Shown: in pieces, positions 1 through 10,983 of the stretch
Layout of the letters: every line of letters starts with the position of its first letter
Position numbering within the stretch: position 1 is the first letter of the stretch
Made by a program: the position numbers and the translations under genes
The notes under the pieces: model-generated
What the model was told of the DNA's origin: nothing
The model's input: only the letters and a program-made list of their open reading frames with translations
Databases searched by the model: none
Assembly (NCBI GenBank): GCA_963719525.1
Contig: CAVRCG010000004.1
Coordinates: 989,579 to 1,053,578, forward strand
DNA from: an uncultured Cytophagales bacterium
GTDB lineage: Bacteria > Bacteroidota > Bacteroidia > Cytophagales > Bernardetiaceae
DNA: 64,000 nt
Reading direction: 5' to 3'

Positions 1-321
1 GATGGAGAGAAGGCAATGGAATATCTTTACGAAAAATTAGAAAGCGATAAAACTAATCTACCTGATTTAATAATTTTAGACCTAAATATGCCTCGTAAAG
101 ATGGTAGAGAGGTTTTGGTAGAAGTAAAAGGACACGAACAACTTTGTCTTATTCCTGTCGTAATTATGACTACTTCTGAAAATGAAGAAGATGTCAAATT
201 TGCTTACAAACATCACGCAAATAGCTATATCAGCAAGCCTGTTGATATGGACGAATTTACAAAAATTGTATCTTCCATCAATGATTTTTGGCTTACTATT
301 GTAAGACTTCCGAAAATATGA
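1..321 (+). CDS. Response regulator receiver domain protein (5' end outside the window)
   Basis: The frame is open from position 1. It contains the LIILDLNMPRKDG phospho-acceptor region and the later SKP motif typical of CheY-like receiver domains. Stop codon TGA at 319-321. Confidence 0.7.
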   Translation, partial: DGEKAMEYLYEKLESDKTNLPDLIILDLNMPRKDGREVLVEVKGHEQLCLIPVVIMTTSENEEDVKFAYKHHANSYISKPVDMDEFTKIVSSINDFWLTIVRLPKI

Positions 322-390
322 TTATCTTTATAGACACTAAATATATCCATTTTTATTTTAAAGCTAAACAAAAACATATAGACCAGAATT

Positions 391-1554
391 TTGAGTGAAG
401 CAATAAAATCTTACCCCATGAAATCAACTTTGAATAAAATACATATCTTATTAATTGAAGACAATATGGCCGATCAGTTTTTGATGCAGGAAATATTGGA
501 AAGAACTACTTTTCCTGTAAAAAACTTGATTACAGCAGCTTCTCTTGCCGACGGTCTTCAAGAACTCAATACAAAACAAATAGATTTAGTATTTTTAGAT
601 TTATCGTTGCCTGATAGTCATGGAATGGACACGTGTAAGACGATTATAGATAATTATTATGGAATGCCTGTTATTGTTCTGACAGGATTAAACGATGTTC
701 ATGTAGGTTTGGAAGCCATTTCTTTAGGTGCTGCTGATTATATTGTAAAAGGAACGCTTGATGAGTTTGGTATGGAAAGAGCGATTTTGTATGCCTTGCA
801 GCGCAATGATACGCAAAAGCAAATGAGCAAAACAATGGATATTCTTAGAGGATACAATCAAAAATTAGAACAGTTTGCTCATATTATTTCTCACGACCTT
901 ATGTCGCCTATTGTATCTATAAAAGCATCTATTCAGCTTTACGAATTAGAAAAAAAGCATAATGATTTGACACAAACTGCCGAAGAAGTAATGGGCGAAG
1001 TTTATGAAGGAGTGGACAAATTACACATAAAACTAAAATCACTCGTCAAGACATTAGTAGAACAACAAACTTCGGGTTCTAAATTTGATACAATAGAACT
1101 GTCTTCTTTTACTAGAAAGGTAATTTCGGATATGAGGGATATTTATAATCAACCCAATATTGACATTGAGGTAGATTTGACAGATGAACAAACGATTTCT
1201 TTTGTTCCAGACTTAATGTATAGTATTATGCAAAATTTATTATCAAATGCTATAAAATATCGTTCTCCCAAACGTTCTCCAAAAATTAGAATTTGGGCAG
1301 AACCCAATGAAGAATATTACTGCTTAAATGTACAAGATAATGGAATCGGAATTGATATGGAAGCAAATGAAAATCGCCTTTTCGGAATGTTTCAACGCTT
1401 GCACGAGGACAGAACAGAAATAGAAGGAAGAGGAATCGGACTTCACTTAGTACGAAATATAGTGCATAGTAATGGGGGAAAGATAGATGTGAAAAGCAAG
1501 GTCGATGAAGGAACTACATTTATCGTTTGTTTGCCTAGAGAACCAAAGTTTTAA
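391..1554 (+). CDS. Hybrid two-component sensor: N-terminal receiver + HisKA (H-box FAHIISHDLMSP) + HATPase_c (GIGLHLV G-box)
   Basis: Domain motifs read directly from the translation. It is adjacent to the receiver gene. Confidence 0.8.
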   Translation: MSEAIKSYPMKSTLNKIHILLIEDNMADQFLMQEILERTTFPVKNLITAASLADGLQELNTKQIDLVFLDLSLPDSHGMDTCKTIIDNYYGMPVIVLTGLNDVHVGLEAISLGAADYIVKGTLDEFGMERAILYALQRNDTQKQMSKTMDILRGYNQKLEQFAHIISHDLMSPIVSIKASIQLYELEKKHNDLTQTAEEVMGEVYEGVDKLHIKLKSLVKTLVEQQTSGSKFDTIELSSFTRKVISDMRDIYNQPNIDIEVDLTDEQTISFVPDLMYSIMQNLLSNAIKYRSPKRSPKIRIWAEPNEEYYCLNVQDNGIGIDMEANENRLFGMFQRLHEDRTEIEGRGIGLHLVRNIVHSNGGKIDVKSKVDEGTTFIVCLPREPKF

Positions 1555-1644
1555 GTAAAAAATCCTTTTCTATACTAAAATAGAAAAGGATTTTACGTTT
1601 TAAGAACAATGCCATTTTCGGTGTCCTTACTGACGACTTCATAA

Positions 1645-1956
1645 TTATTTCTGTAAATAAGGTTCTACCATTGACCGAAGACCTGCAAGAGGCATCATAC
1701 CCGACTGACGAGCAACAGGTTCTCCTTTTTGAAATACAATAAAAGTAGGGATTCCACGTACATTAAATGTTGAAGCAACAGCAGGATTTGTATCTACATT
1801 TATCTTTAATACTTTTACTTTTTCTCCCATTTCGGCAGAAAAATCAGTAATTACAGGTGTCATGGCCTGACAAGGACCACACCAATCTGCATAAAAATCT
1901 ACTAAGACAGGTGTTTCGGATTGAATAATATCTTGGAATGAAGGTTTAACTTCCAT
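1645..1956 (-). CDS. trxA: Thioredoxin
   Basis: WCGPCQ active-site motif and a thioredoxin fold of about 104 aa starting at MEVKPSF. The upstream part of the ORF-track ORF (to 2037) is probably non-coding leader. Confidence 0.85.
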   Translation of the reverse strand: MEVKPSFQDIIQSETPVLVDFYADWCGPCQAMTPVITDFSAEMGEKVKVLKINVDTNPAVASTFNVRGIPTFIVFQKGEPVARQSGMMPLAGLRSMVEPYLQK

Positions 1957-2319
1957 ACTATAGAATAATTTAAAATTTTGATAATTATAAGCTGAAAAAG
2001 TGAGTTGATAAATTAGTTTATACAAACATATCAACATTCCTTCATATATACGCTACTCTTTTTGTAAAGGTTTTGTTTTTACAAATTATTTGCGTTTTCT
2101 ATAGATTTTTGATTGTAATTTAATTTGTCCGTTAAATCTTATTAAAACCGTTCGGAAATAAAAATTATACTCATTTTTTGAGTAAAATATAAGTTATCTT
2201 AGTAAGATTATTGACAGTAATTAATTAAAGATAAATCAGTAAAATAATAGTTTTATTTTAGTTGCAGAGCAACGTTCTATTTGTAGCAAATATTTATATA
2301 ATTTTTATAGTATAGTTTT

Positions 2320-4080
2320 ATGTCAGAAAGTAATTCTGGTTCTTCCGATTCTTCAAGCGAACGTCTTATTTATACACGTTCTACACCAAAAGAAAATCAA
2401 GCAAAGACAAAATCTAGTTCATCCATTACGGCTGCTCAAATCAAGCTACCTATTTTTACGGCTATTGCTTTAGGAGTAGGACTAATTTTTGGCGCACGAT
2501 TTTTTGGAGGAAATGATAATTCTTTTTCCTCTGTACTTACTGGACTTCAAACAGAAGAAAGTGCATCTGACCAAGCCAAAAAACTCCGTCAGGTGCTTTC
2601 TTATATTGAAGATTATTATGTAGATAGTGCCGATTTGACCGAAATTACAGACCATGCTATAAAGGAAATGTTATCCAAACTTGATCCTCATACAAGTTAT
2701 ATTCCTGTAAAAGATGTAGAGATAATGAACTCTCAATTGGAAGGAGATTTTGAAGGAATAGGAGTTGAATTTGTGCTTTTTGAAGATAGTATTCAAGTAA
2801 TTATGCCCATTCCGAATAGTCCGTCTTCACGAGCAGGAATAGAAGCAGGCGACAGAATAATTAAAGTAGATGATACGCCAGTAGCTAATGTAAAGATTGA
2901 TAATAGAAAAGTGTTTGACTTGCTGCGTGGAAAGAAAAACTCAAAAGTAAATCTGACGGTTTTCCGTCCGTATCAAAATAGAGAACTGACTTTGACGGTT
3001 GAGCGTGGTACGATTCCTACCTACACAGTAGAGGTGGGTTATATGCTTACACCACAAACAGGGTATATAAAAGTTTCTCGTTTTGGAATGAATACGTTCA
3101 AGGAATTTGAAAAGGAATTAAACAAACTTTTGCGTGAAGGAATGAAGGATTTAGTGTTAGATTTGCGTGGAAACCCAGGTGGATATATGGATCAAGCTGT
3201 CAAAATGGTTGATGAACTTCTGGCAGGAAAAGAAATGATTGTTTATACCGACGGAAAAAAAGCTCGTTTTGATAGTGAAGAAAAAGCACATCGAAAAGGA
3301 GAATTCGAAGAAGGTGCAGTCGTAGTTTTGCTAGATGAAGGAAGTGCTTCGGCTTCTGAAATTGTAGCTGGTGCGTTGCAAGACAATGATAGAGCTTTAA
3401 TTGTCGGTAGGCGTTCGTTTGGAAAAGGATTGGTTCAAAAACCGATTACTCTTCGTGATGGTTCAGAATTACGTTTGACTATTTCAAGATATTATACGCC
3501 AAGTGGTCGCAGCATTCAAAAACCATATAGTGATACAACTGATTACAGTTTGGAAATAATGGAACGTTACACAAATGGCGAATTATATGAAGCTGATAGC
3601 TCGAAAATGGACATAAAACATATTTACAAAACTATTCATGGAAGAACAGTTTATGGAAGTGGTGGGATAATGCCAGATATTTTTGTTCCACGAGATACCT
3701 CTTATTTTACGCCTTTTGTAGATTCGTTGTACTCAAAAAATGTAGTCAGAAACTGGACAAGTACGTATTACAACCTCAATAAAGAGAAACTTAAAGCGAT
3801 GAGAGTAGAAGAGTTTATCTCTACTTTTACGATTGATAAAAGGTTAGAAGATGACTTTGTGAAATTTGCAATAAATCAAAAAGTTGTTTTTAATAATTCG
3901 GAATATCAAATTTCAAGAGCTTTTATTTTGAATCAATTAAAGGCAAATTTGGCAAAATTAAGCTGGCAAAATGAAGGTTATTATCCTGTAATCAATCAAG
4001 AAGACAAAGAAATAAAAGTAGCCTTAGAAAATCTTGGTAAAGCAGAAGAACTTAAAAAGTATTATTTAATGAAAGAATAA
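2320..4080 (+). CDS. Carboxyl-terminal processing protease (peptidase S41, PDZ domain)
   Basis: PDZ segment (GIGVEF...GDRIIKVDD), the DLRGNPGG motif, the catalytic Ser region VLLDEGSASASEI and the FGKG motif are typical of Ctp/Prc proteases. An N-terminal TM anchor is present. Confidence 0.85.
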   Translation: MSESNSGSSDSSSERLIYTRSTPKENQAKTKSSSSITAAQIKLPIFTAIALGVGLIFGARFFGGNDNSFSSVLTGLQTEESASDQAKKLRQVLSYIEDYYVDSADLTEITDHAIKEMLSKLDPHTSYIPVKDVEIMNSQLEGDFEGIGVEFVLFEDSIQVIMPIPNSPSSRAGIEAGDRIIKVDDTPVANVKIDNRKVFDLLRGKKNSKVNLTVFRPYQNRELTLTVERGTIPTYTVEVGYMLTPQTGYIKVSRFGMNTFKEFEKELNKLLREGMKDLVLDLRGNPGGYMDQAVKMVDELLAGKEMIVYTDGKKARFDSEEKAHRKGEFEEGAVVVLLDEGSASASEIVAGALQDNDRALIVGRRSFGKGLVQKPITLRDGSELRLTISRYYTPSGRSIQKPYSDTTDYSLEIMERYTNGELYEADSSKMDIKHIYKTIHGRTVYGSGGIMPDIFVPRDTSYFTPFVDSLYSKNVVRNWTSTYYNLNKEKLKAMRVEEFISTFTIDKRLEDDFVKFAINQKVVFNNSEYQISRAFILNQLKANLAKLSWQNEGYYPVINQEDKEIKVALENLGKAEELKKYYLMKE

Positions 4081-4094
4081 TTGAGAATTAGAGT

Positions 4095-4128
4095 AGCCGA
4101 CAGTTTAATAAACTGTCGGTTTTTTTTG
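4095..4128 (+). terminator. Rho-independent terminator (CCGACAGTTT..AACTGTCGG hairpin + T8)
   Basis: Perfect stem followed by a T-run immediately after the ctp stop codon. Confidence 0.7.
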
Positions 4129-4625
4129 TGAAATTTTTAAATTGAAATAACACTTTTTTATCAAGAGTAAATTTGTCCGTAGTTATAAGAAACTATCATT
4201 TTTTTCGAAAACAAGTTTATATGCAGAAATTGGAAAATGTTACTCATAGTGTAACTCAAGTTACGTATTACAGATTTCTTATTTTATGTAACTAAAAAAT
4301 GAGCTATTTTAACGACAAATTCCTATTTATTTAGATTAGAAATTCTAAAATATGGCATACTGCACAACTTGAAATATGTAGATAAAGTGTTGATAACAGC
4401 CAGCTAATTAAAAGTGATTGGTAACAAACTTTGATTAAAAGGTTTAATTTTTGAAGAAGTAAGTACTGACAGAAATTGTACGTTCATAGAGGAACTAATA
4501 AAACGAATAAATACATCGTTTTGTGTAATTTTAGAGTAAATGGTACGTTGTTAATTAAATAACTGATATTCTTGAAAGTACTAGAGCAACACAACAACTG
4601 CAATAAACAGAACTTTTGAACAATA

Positions 4626-5000
4626 AATGTTATCACGGTTAATTTAGTAATGTTCATCTTTCCATAATGACAGATTTGCAAACCCTATCGATTACCCACA
4701 AGTCTAAAATGTGTATTTTTCGGTAAAAAAGGACTAAAATTTTGAATTAAAGGGAAAAGGCACGCCTTTTCCTAAACATAGTGTGTAATTTCGACTGAAA
4801 TATCAACGACCGACTAGGAAAAGGCGTGCCTTTTCCCTACACATACAGAAATTTCATTCAACATCTAATGTTTTTTTGCCTTCAAAAAACATGTGGGTAA
4901 ACAGTAGGATTTGCAAACCTTTCATTATGGAAAAAGAAGACTGTTTTGCTTTTCTATAACAATTGATTATTAGACCTGTAGAAAACCGTGATAACGTTTA
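4626..5000. repeat. Copy A of a MITE-like nested-palindromic element: outer inverted repeats GTTATCACGGTT/AACCGTGATAAC, inner arms around a GATTTGCAAACC core, and an innermost GGAAAAGGCACGCCTTTTCC hairpin pair
   Basis: Several nested inverted repeats were read directly from the sequence. Related copies occur at 43146-43277 and 57075-57451. Confidence 0.6.
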
Positions 5001-5234
5001 ATGTTACTGTGAAGCAGTTGAATTTATTTCAAACAAAGAACAGACGAGTTGTAGATAAAAATGCTTATCTTTGTGATAATTTCATTTTTAAATCAGAAAA
5101 CAAAAGTAATTGTAGCTTCCTCAAATTCTCAACAACGCTACCATAATTAATATAGTACTGAAATACCTTAACTAGTACAAACAAATCTAAGAACATAAAA
5201 TACTACCATTTTTTTATATCATTCAAAGGAAAAT

Positions 5235-8200
5235 ATGCAGAATATTAATACAAATTTTACCAATCTCTTTGACATCAACAAGAAAGTCAAAACCTTATTT
5301 CTTTTATTCTTTGGTTTCTTTTTATCCTTTCAACTACAGGCTGCTGATTTTTTCTGGGTTGGAGGAAATGGAAACTGGAATGACTTTGCCACCCATTGGG
5401 CTACTACCTCTGGAGGAGGAACGTTTCACGCAAATGCACCAACAGCAACAGATAATATTTTTTTTGATGCAAATTCAGGTGCAGCAGGTTATACAGTTAC
5501 CTTAGATGTTGCAGCAGTAGCAAACAATTTTACATTTAGTGGAAATGCTTTTTCTTTTGCAGGAGCGAATAGTCTTACTGTAAACGGAACTTCTACAAAC
5601 TCTTCTACACAAGCAATTACTTTTGGAGGAACAAATACTTATACATTTACAGGAGCTTATACAGCCGTTGCAGGTTCTACTACTGGTTTTACTGGTTCTG
5701 GAGCAGTTGCTTTTAATAATAGCGTAACGATTGGAAACGGTTCTACATTTGGTTTTACCTCTTTAGCTACCACTACTGTTACAGGAGCTTTTAATTCTAC
5801 TACTACTTGTGCAGCCTTAAATACCATTAATTCTACTGGTGGAGCTGCAAATGTTACTTTTAATACTGCTTCTGCTTGGACAAATACAGATGTTACAAAT
5901 ATTGCAGCTACAGGTTCTGCCGTAACATTGCAAGGTGGTTCATTAACGACGAGTTCTGGAATTACAGTTACGCCTTCAGCACCTAGAAATTTATTTTGGA
6001 TTGGAGGAACAGGAAACTGGAACAACACAGCAAACTGGTCTTTAACAACTGGTGGTACAGGTGGAGAATGTATTCCGACAGCAACTGATGACGTAAATTT
6101 TGATGCAAATTCAGGTGTAGCAGGATATACCGTAACATTAAATGTAGCTGCAGTAGCTAATAATTTTACATTTAGTGGAAATGCTTTTTCATTTGATGGA
6201 GCAAGTAGCCTAACTGTAAGTGGAGTTTCTACTAACTCTTCTACAAATGCTATCACTTTTGGAGGTGCTGGCTCATATACGTTTGTAGGAGCTTACACAG
6301 CTAGTCCAGCTTCTACTACTCGTTTTACGACTACTTCTGCAGTTGCTTTTAATAATAGTGTAACGATAGGAAATGGTTCTACATTTAGTTTTACGCCTTC
6401 TGCTACTACTACAATAACAGGAGCATTTAATTCTACTACTACTTGTGCAGCTTTGAATACAATTAATTCTACTGGTGGAGCTGCAAATGTTACTTTTACA
6501 GGAGTTGCCAATTGGACAAATACAAACATTACAAATATTGCAGCCACAGGAGGTGTAACACTACAAAGTGGAACAATAACTACAAGTTCTGGAATTACAG
6601 ATTTGACTGTAAATAGAAATCTATTTTGGATTGGTGGAACAGGAAATTGGAACAATACTGCAAACTGGTCTTTGACAAGTGGAGGAACGGGTGGAGAATG
6701 TATTCCGACAGCAAACGATGATGTAAATTTTGATGGAGCTTCTGGTCTTGCAGGTGGAACAGTTACTTTGAATGTAGCTGCGCCTGTTCGTAATTTCAAT
6801 TATGATGTCGCTGGTGCTACTTTTGTGGCTGCAAATGCACTTACTGTAAATGGAATTACTACGATTGCAGCAACAAGAGCAATAAGTTTTAATGGAGTAA
6901 GTAGTTATATCTTTACAGGAAATTTTGTTGCTGGTACTACTACAACGACTAGCTTCTCTAGCTCGAATGGCTATTCGTTTGGCAATGTTACTGTTGGTGC
7001 AGGTTCTACGTTTAGGTTCTCTGCTAATGGGGCATTAGCTACTGCTACTGTTTCAGGTACATTTACACCAAACGGAACGTGTTCTAATCCTGTAATTTTA
7101 TCCTCAACTGGAGGTACTGCGCCTGTCAACTTTACAAACCCTCAAACTTGGAACGGTGTTAATGTAAGTCAAATTAATTCTACGGGTGCAAACGTAACTG
7201 TTAATAGTATTAGTGTCGTCGTAACAGGAAATTTTACAAACAATACAATTGCTGGCAGAACTTTATTCTGGGTAGGAGGAACTGGAAACTGGGACGACGA
7301 AACACATTGGTCGCTTACAAGTGGTTCGCCAACAGGGGGAGAATGTATTCCAACGATACTTGATGATGTAATTTTCAATAACGCATCCTTTTCAGCAGCA
7401 GGACAAATAGTAACGATGAATATTAATGGTATTTGTAAAAATATGACTTGGACAGGTATTACACCAGCCAGAAGTCCTGTATTTACAGGTGCAACTGCAA
7501 TAGAGTTTACATTAGCTGGTTCGTTGGTACTTAGTCCGAATATGACACAAACAGGAAATGCTCCTACTTTTCAAGGATTATGGAATTTTTCTTCTAACGT
7601 AGCCCAAACAGTTACTTCAAATGGAAGAGCATTAAACAGAGTTCAGTTTCAAACAGGAGCAACAGCTTCTTGGACATTACAAGATGCTTTCTTAGTTCAA
7701 AATAATACGCAACTTATATCAGGAACATTAAACACAAATAATCGACCTATATCTTCTGGTACACTTTCTACAAACAACGTAGTTCCTGTCGCTAGAACAC
7801 TCAATTTAGGTTCTTCTACTATTACGCTTACAAGTCCTTCTACTACTGTTTTAAACTATGGCAATGACGCTGATTTAACGCTTAACTCAGCTACAAGTAC
7901 TATCAACATTACAGCTACAAACTCTACAATAGAAACAGGAACATTAGCCAAAACAATGTCTAATCTAGTATATGCAGTATTAGGAAATGGAAACAGAGTA
8001 ATTAATACAGCTTCTAATACAAATATTATTACATTCCAATACATTTCAGTTTCTGATGGAGGTACTTTTAATATAAATGGAACCTCTCCAAAAGTATATC
8101 AAAATATTGATATTGGAAGTAATGTAGGAGGTACAATTACAGGTGCAGCGACAAATTTAGGAAATACAGTAAATGGAACTATTGCTGTTGGTAATAACGG

Positions 8201-10961
8201 AACTACTGTTTTTAGTGGAGGGTATGGAATTACTGGAAATGTAACTACTGGAGTAAATAAAACAATTAATTTCTCTGGAACAGGAAATAATAATTTTGGT
8301 GGAGCAGTAGTTATTGGAAATGGGGGTTCATTTTTATCAGGAGGAACAAAGAATAATACGTTCGTGGGTGTATTTGCACTAAATCCAACAGCAACAGCAA
8401 CATTCAGTAATACACCTGCTGCTTCTGAAAATTTGTTTTCAACTATTAGTATGAATAGTGGGACTACAATTGCGTTTAGTTCAGTAGCCAATTCTAGAGT
8501 TACAGCAACCATAAACTTAGTAGGTTCTTGTGCTGCACCAATTACGCTTACTTCAAACAATCCACCGAATCAAGCAAGATTACAGTTAGCAAATGCACTT
8601 AATTTGTTTGGTGCAACAGTTACAAATATTAATGCGACAGCACAACCTATAAATGTGTCAAATGGAACAGTTGCAAATAATACAAATGTAACTGGAAACG
8701 TAACTAGTAGAAATCTATTTTGGGTACATAGTATAATAGGTGCAGGTACAGCAAACTGGTACGATGCAGCAAATTGGTCTGCTACTTCTGGTGGAACAGC
8801 AGGGCAATGTCCTCCTACTATTTATGATAACGTTCGTTTTGATGCTAACTCATTCTCAGCAGCTAATCAAATTGTTGATATGGATAATGATGCTTTTTGT
8901 AGAAATATGAACTGGACAGGTGTAACAAATTCACCACGTTTACAATCTATTGGAGAAGATACAGATTTATATGTTGGTGGAAATCTAAATTTTGGAGATG
9001 CAACAGCAGCAGGTGCGATGGTAGTTGGTACAGGTGGAACAAATCCAAATGAGATTAGAAATATTAATTATGTAGCTACCGAAGCAATTCTAGGTTCTCC
9101 TGCAACATTAAATAATAGGATTGACTTAGGAATTGGATTGAATGAAAATGCAAATGGAAGACGTTTCAAGAGAGCCTTTTTTGATAAAAATGCAGCAGCA
9201 GGAAATACTGTTACTAGCAATGCTACTTGGACATTTGAATCTGCTTTTAATCTTACACAAGAAGCTAATACTTTTGCTGCACCTATTTATTCTACAGGAA
9301 CACTAAGGATAGTAGATGGAGATTTAATTACCTATAATGGTACTGATGATTTTGATGTGCAAATCAGAATTATTGACGCTAACGCTGTCGTAAACAGTTC
9401 TTTAGATATGGGTAATTCTAGATTTACACTAAGAGCAACAGGCAGGTCAGTAGATTTTACAGACGATACTAACTTTACTTTTATTACTCCAGGACCAAAT
9501 GCCTTTTTTAATATTACAGTAGGTTCTAACTCGGATGTATTTGTAGGTGCAAAGGCAAAAGAACTACCAGATATAGATTGGAATGCAGGCGATATTGATG
9601 TATTTACAGCAAATGGAAATAATCGCATTACATTTAGAAACATTACCATAGATGCAAATGCAAATCTGAATATGACAGGGAACTCTCCTAAAACATATTC
9701 AGAACCATTGGTTTTCCCAAATGGAGTAAACACTACTTTAAGAGGAAGTGACGGAACAACAAATACAAACATTTTTACTGGTGCTATAACTTACGGAACT
9801 GGCGTACAAGCTCGTTTTGATGGAGATAATCAGTTTCAAGGTGCTTTTACAGTAGGTTCAACCGTAAATAATACTACTGGAATTACTTTTACAGGAAATG
9901 GTCGCAATCGTTTTAAAGGAGATGTTACAATGACTGGAAGTAGTAGTAATTTCTTTTCTCTTCAAAATACTTCTGCTAATCCGAATACATTTACAAATGT
10001 ATCTATACAAAATTTACCTGTTTTATTTCCTGCTGTTACACCTGCTACTATTTGGGAGTTTAGTGGAAACTCGCCTAATACAGTAAGTGGAACATTTGCT
10101 ATCAATGCTGACTGTACTGCTCCTGTTTTTGTTAGAGCCAATACAGGAACAGCAAATGTAGCTTTTGCAAACAACCAAACGTGGAGTAATGTAACTGTAA
10201 CAAACATTAATGAAACAGGCGCAGGAACTGTAACTGTCTTGAGTGGTAGTGGAGCTGGCAATACCAATATTGTATTTACAGTAACAAATAGAACTTTATA
10301 TTGGGTAGGAAACAATGGAGATTGGGGTAATACTAATAATTGGTCAGCCATTTCTGGTGGTGCTGGTGGAGAATGTCTTCCTACATTATCGGATGACGTA
10401 TTTTTTGATGCCAATTCATTTAATGGAACAGGTCAAATCGTTACGATTAATGTAGATGCAGAAACAAGAGATATGACGTGGACAAATGCAACTAATAATC
10501 CAACTATCACAGGAACGAACGCTTTCAACTTGCAAATGGGTGGAGATGTTACGCTCATTGCAACCATGAACTGGAATTTTGATGGAGAAACATTCTTCCG
10601 TTATACAGATGCAGACGATGGCAGAAACACTATTATTTCAGCAGGACAAACCTTTAATGGACATGCAAATTTCTTTGATAATGATGGAGTTATTGATGGA
10701 ATATGGGAACTTGCAGATGCTTTTTCTACTGATAGAGTTTTCAGACTTACAGCAGGTACATTCACGACAAGCACAGCAAATCACGCTTTGAGAGCAGTCA
10801 TGCTAGATGTGAGTCAGGTAGGTGACCAGACAAGAACATTAAACCTTAACGGTTCGGTAACTACTGTATTCCGTAATAATGGACTGGCAGTAGATTTTAG
10901 AGGAAACACGACTAATTTTACATTAGCTTCTACACCAGCTTCTCAAATTCGCCTTACATGA
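5235..10961 (+). CDS. Giant repeat-rich T9SS adhesin-like protein, segment 1 of 3 (signal peptide + tandem ~210-aa repeats with the GTGNWNNTANWS...GGECIPT...DDVNFDANS motif)
   Basis: N-terminal signal peptide. Thr/Asn/Gly-rich tandem repeats are visible at both protein and DNA level. The ORF ends at a TGA, but the repeat structure continues in the +1 frame. Confidence 0.7.
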   Translation: MQNINTNFTNLFDINKKVKTLFLLFFGFFLSFQLQAADFFWVGGNGNWNDFATHWATTSGGGTFHANAPTATDNIFFDANSGAAGYTVTLDVAAVANNFTFSGNAFSFAGANSLTVNGTSTNSSTQAITFGGTNTYTFTGAYTAVAGSTTGFTGSGAVAFNNSVTIGNGSTFGFTSLATTTVTGAFNSTTTCAALNTINSTGGAANVTFNTASAWTNTDVTNIAATGSAVTLQGGSLTTSSGITVTPSAPRNLFWIGGTGNWNNTANWSLTTGGTGGECIPTATDDVNFDANSGVAGYTVTLNVAAVANNFTFSGNAFSFDGASSLTVSGVSTNSSTNAITFGGAGSYTFVGAYTASPASTTRFTTTSAVAFNNSVTIGNGSTFSFTPSATTTITGAFNSTTTCAALNTINSTGGAANVTFTGVANWTNTNITNIAATGGVTLQSGTITTSSGITDLTVNRNLFWIGGTGNWNNTANWSLTSGGTGGECIPTANDDVNFDGASGLAGGTVTLNVAAPVRNFNYDVAGATFVAANALTVNGITTIAATRAISFNGVSSYIFTGNFVAGTTTTTSFSSSNGYSFGNVTVGAGSTFRFSANGALATATVSGTFTPNGTCSNPVILSSTGGTAPVNFTNPQTWNGVNVSQINSTGANVTVNSISVVVTGNFTNNTIAGRTLFWVGGTGNWDDETHWSLTSGSPTGGECIPTILDDVIFNNASFSAAGQIVTMNINGICKNMTWTGITPARSPVFTGATAIEFTLAGSLVLSPNMTQTGNAPTFQGLWNFSSNVAQTVTSNGRALNRVQFQTGATASWTLQDAFLVQNNTQLISGTLNTNNRPISSGTLSTNNVVPVARTLNLGSSTITLTSPSTTVLNYGNDADLTLNSATSTINITATNSTIETGTLAKTMSNLVYAVLGNGNRVINTASNTNIITFQYISVSDGGTFNINGTSPKVYQNIDIGSNVGGTITGAATNLGNTVNGTIAVGNNGTTVFSGGYGITGNVTTGVNKTINFSGTGNNNFGGAVVIGNGGSFLSGGTKNNTFVGVFALNPTATATFSNTPAASENLFSTISMNSGTTIAFSSVANSRVTATINLVGSCAAPITLTSNNPPNQARLQLANALNLFGATVTNINATAQPINVSNGTVANNTNVTGNVTSRNLFWVHSIIGAGTANWYDAANWSATSGGTAGQCPPTIYDNVRFDANSFSAANQIVDMDNDAFCRNMNWTGVTNSPRLQSIGEDTDLYVGGNLNFGDATAAGAMVVGTGGTNPNEIRNINYVATEAILGSPATLNNRIDLGIGLNENANGRRFKRAFFDKNAAAGNTVTSNATWTFESAFNLTQEANTFAAPIYSTGTLRIVDGDLITYNGTDDFDVQIRIIDANAVVNSSLDMGNSRFTLRATGRSVDFTDDTNFTFITPGPNAFFNITVGSNSDVFVGAKAKELPDIDWNAGDIDVFTANGNNRITFRNITIDANANLNMTGNSPKTYSEPLVFPNGVNTTLRGSDGTTNTNIFTGAITYGTGVQARFDGDNQFQGAFTVGSTVNNTTGITFTGNGRNRFKGDVTMTGSSSNFFSLQNTSANPNTFTNVSIQNLPVLFPAVTPATIWEFSGNSPNTVSGTFAINADCTAPVFVRANTGTANVAFANNQTWSNVTVTNINETGAGTVTVLSGSGAGNTNIVFTVTNRTLYWVGNNGDWGNTNNWSAISGGAGGECLPTLSDDVFFDANSFNGTGQIVTINVDAETRDMTWTNATNNPTITGTNAFNLQMGGDVTLIATMNWNFDGETFFRYTDADDGRNTIISAGQTFNGHANFFDNDGVIDGIWELADAFSTDRVFRLTAGTFTTSTANHALRAVMLDVSQVGDQTRTLNLNGSVTTVFRNNGLAVDFRGNTTNFTLASTPASQIRLT

Positions 10962-10983
10962 ACCAGGAAGTCTGGATTTAGAA

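Noticed and set aside
1957-2037. Extended N-terminus of the thioredoxin ORF (MLICLYKLIYQLTFSAYNYQNFKLFYS)
   Set aside because: Thioredoxins are about 105 aa. The internal ATG at 1956 gives a canonical 104-aa protein beginning just before the WCGPC motif, so the extension is most likely untranslated leader.
5657-10414. Antisense and alternative-frame ORFs inside the giant adhesin (for example 5657-6256, 6293-6799, 8099-8560, 9332-9772, 9962-10414, 5269-5505)
   Set aside because: They arise from the compositional bias and repeats of the adhesin gene. The sense frame has the signal peptide, coherent repeats and the T9SS C-terminal domain; the shadow ORFs have none of these.
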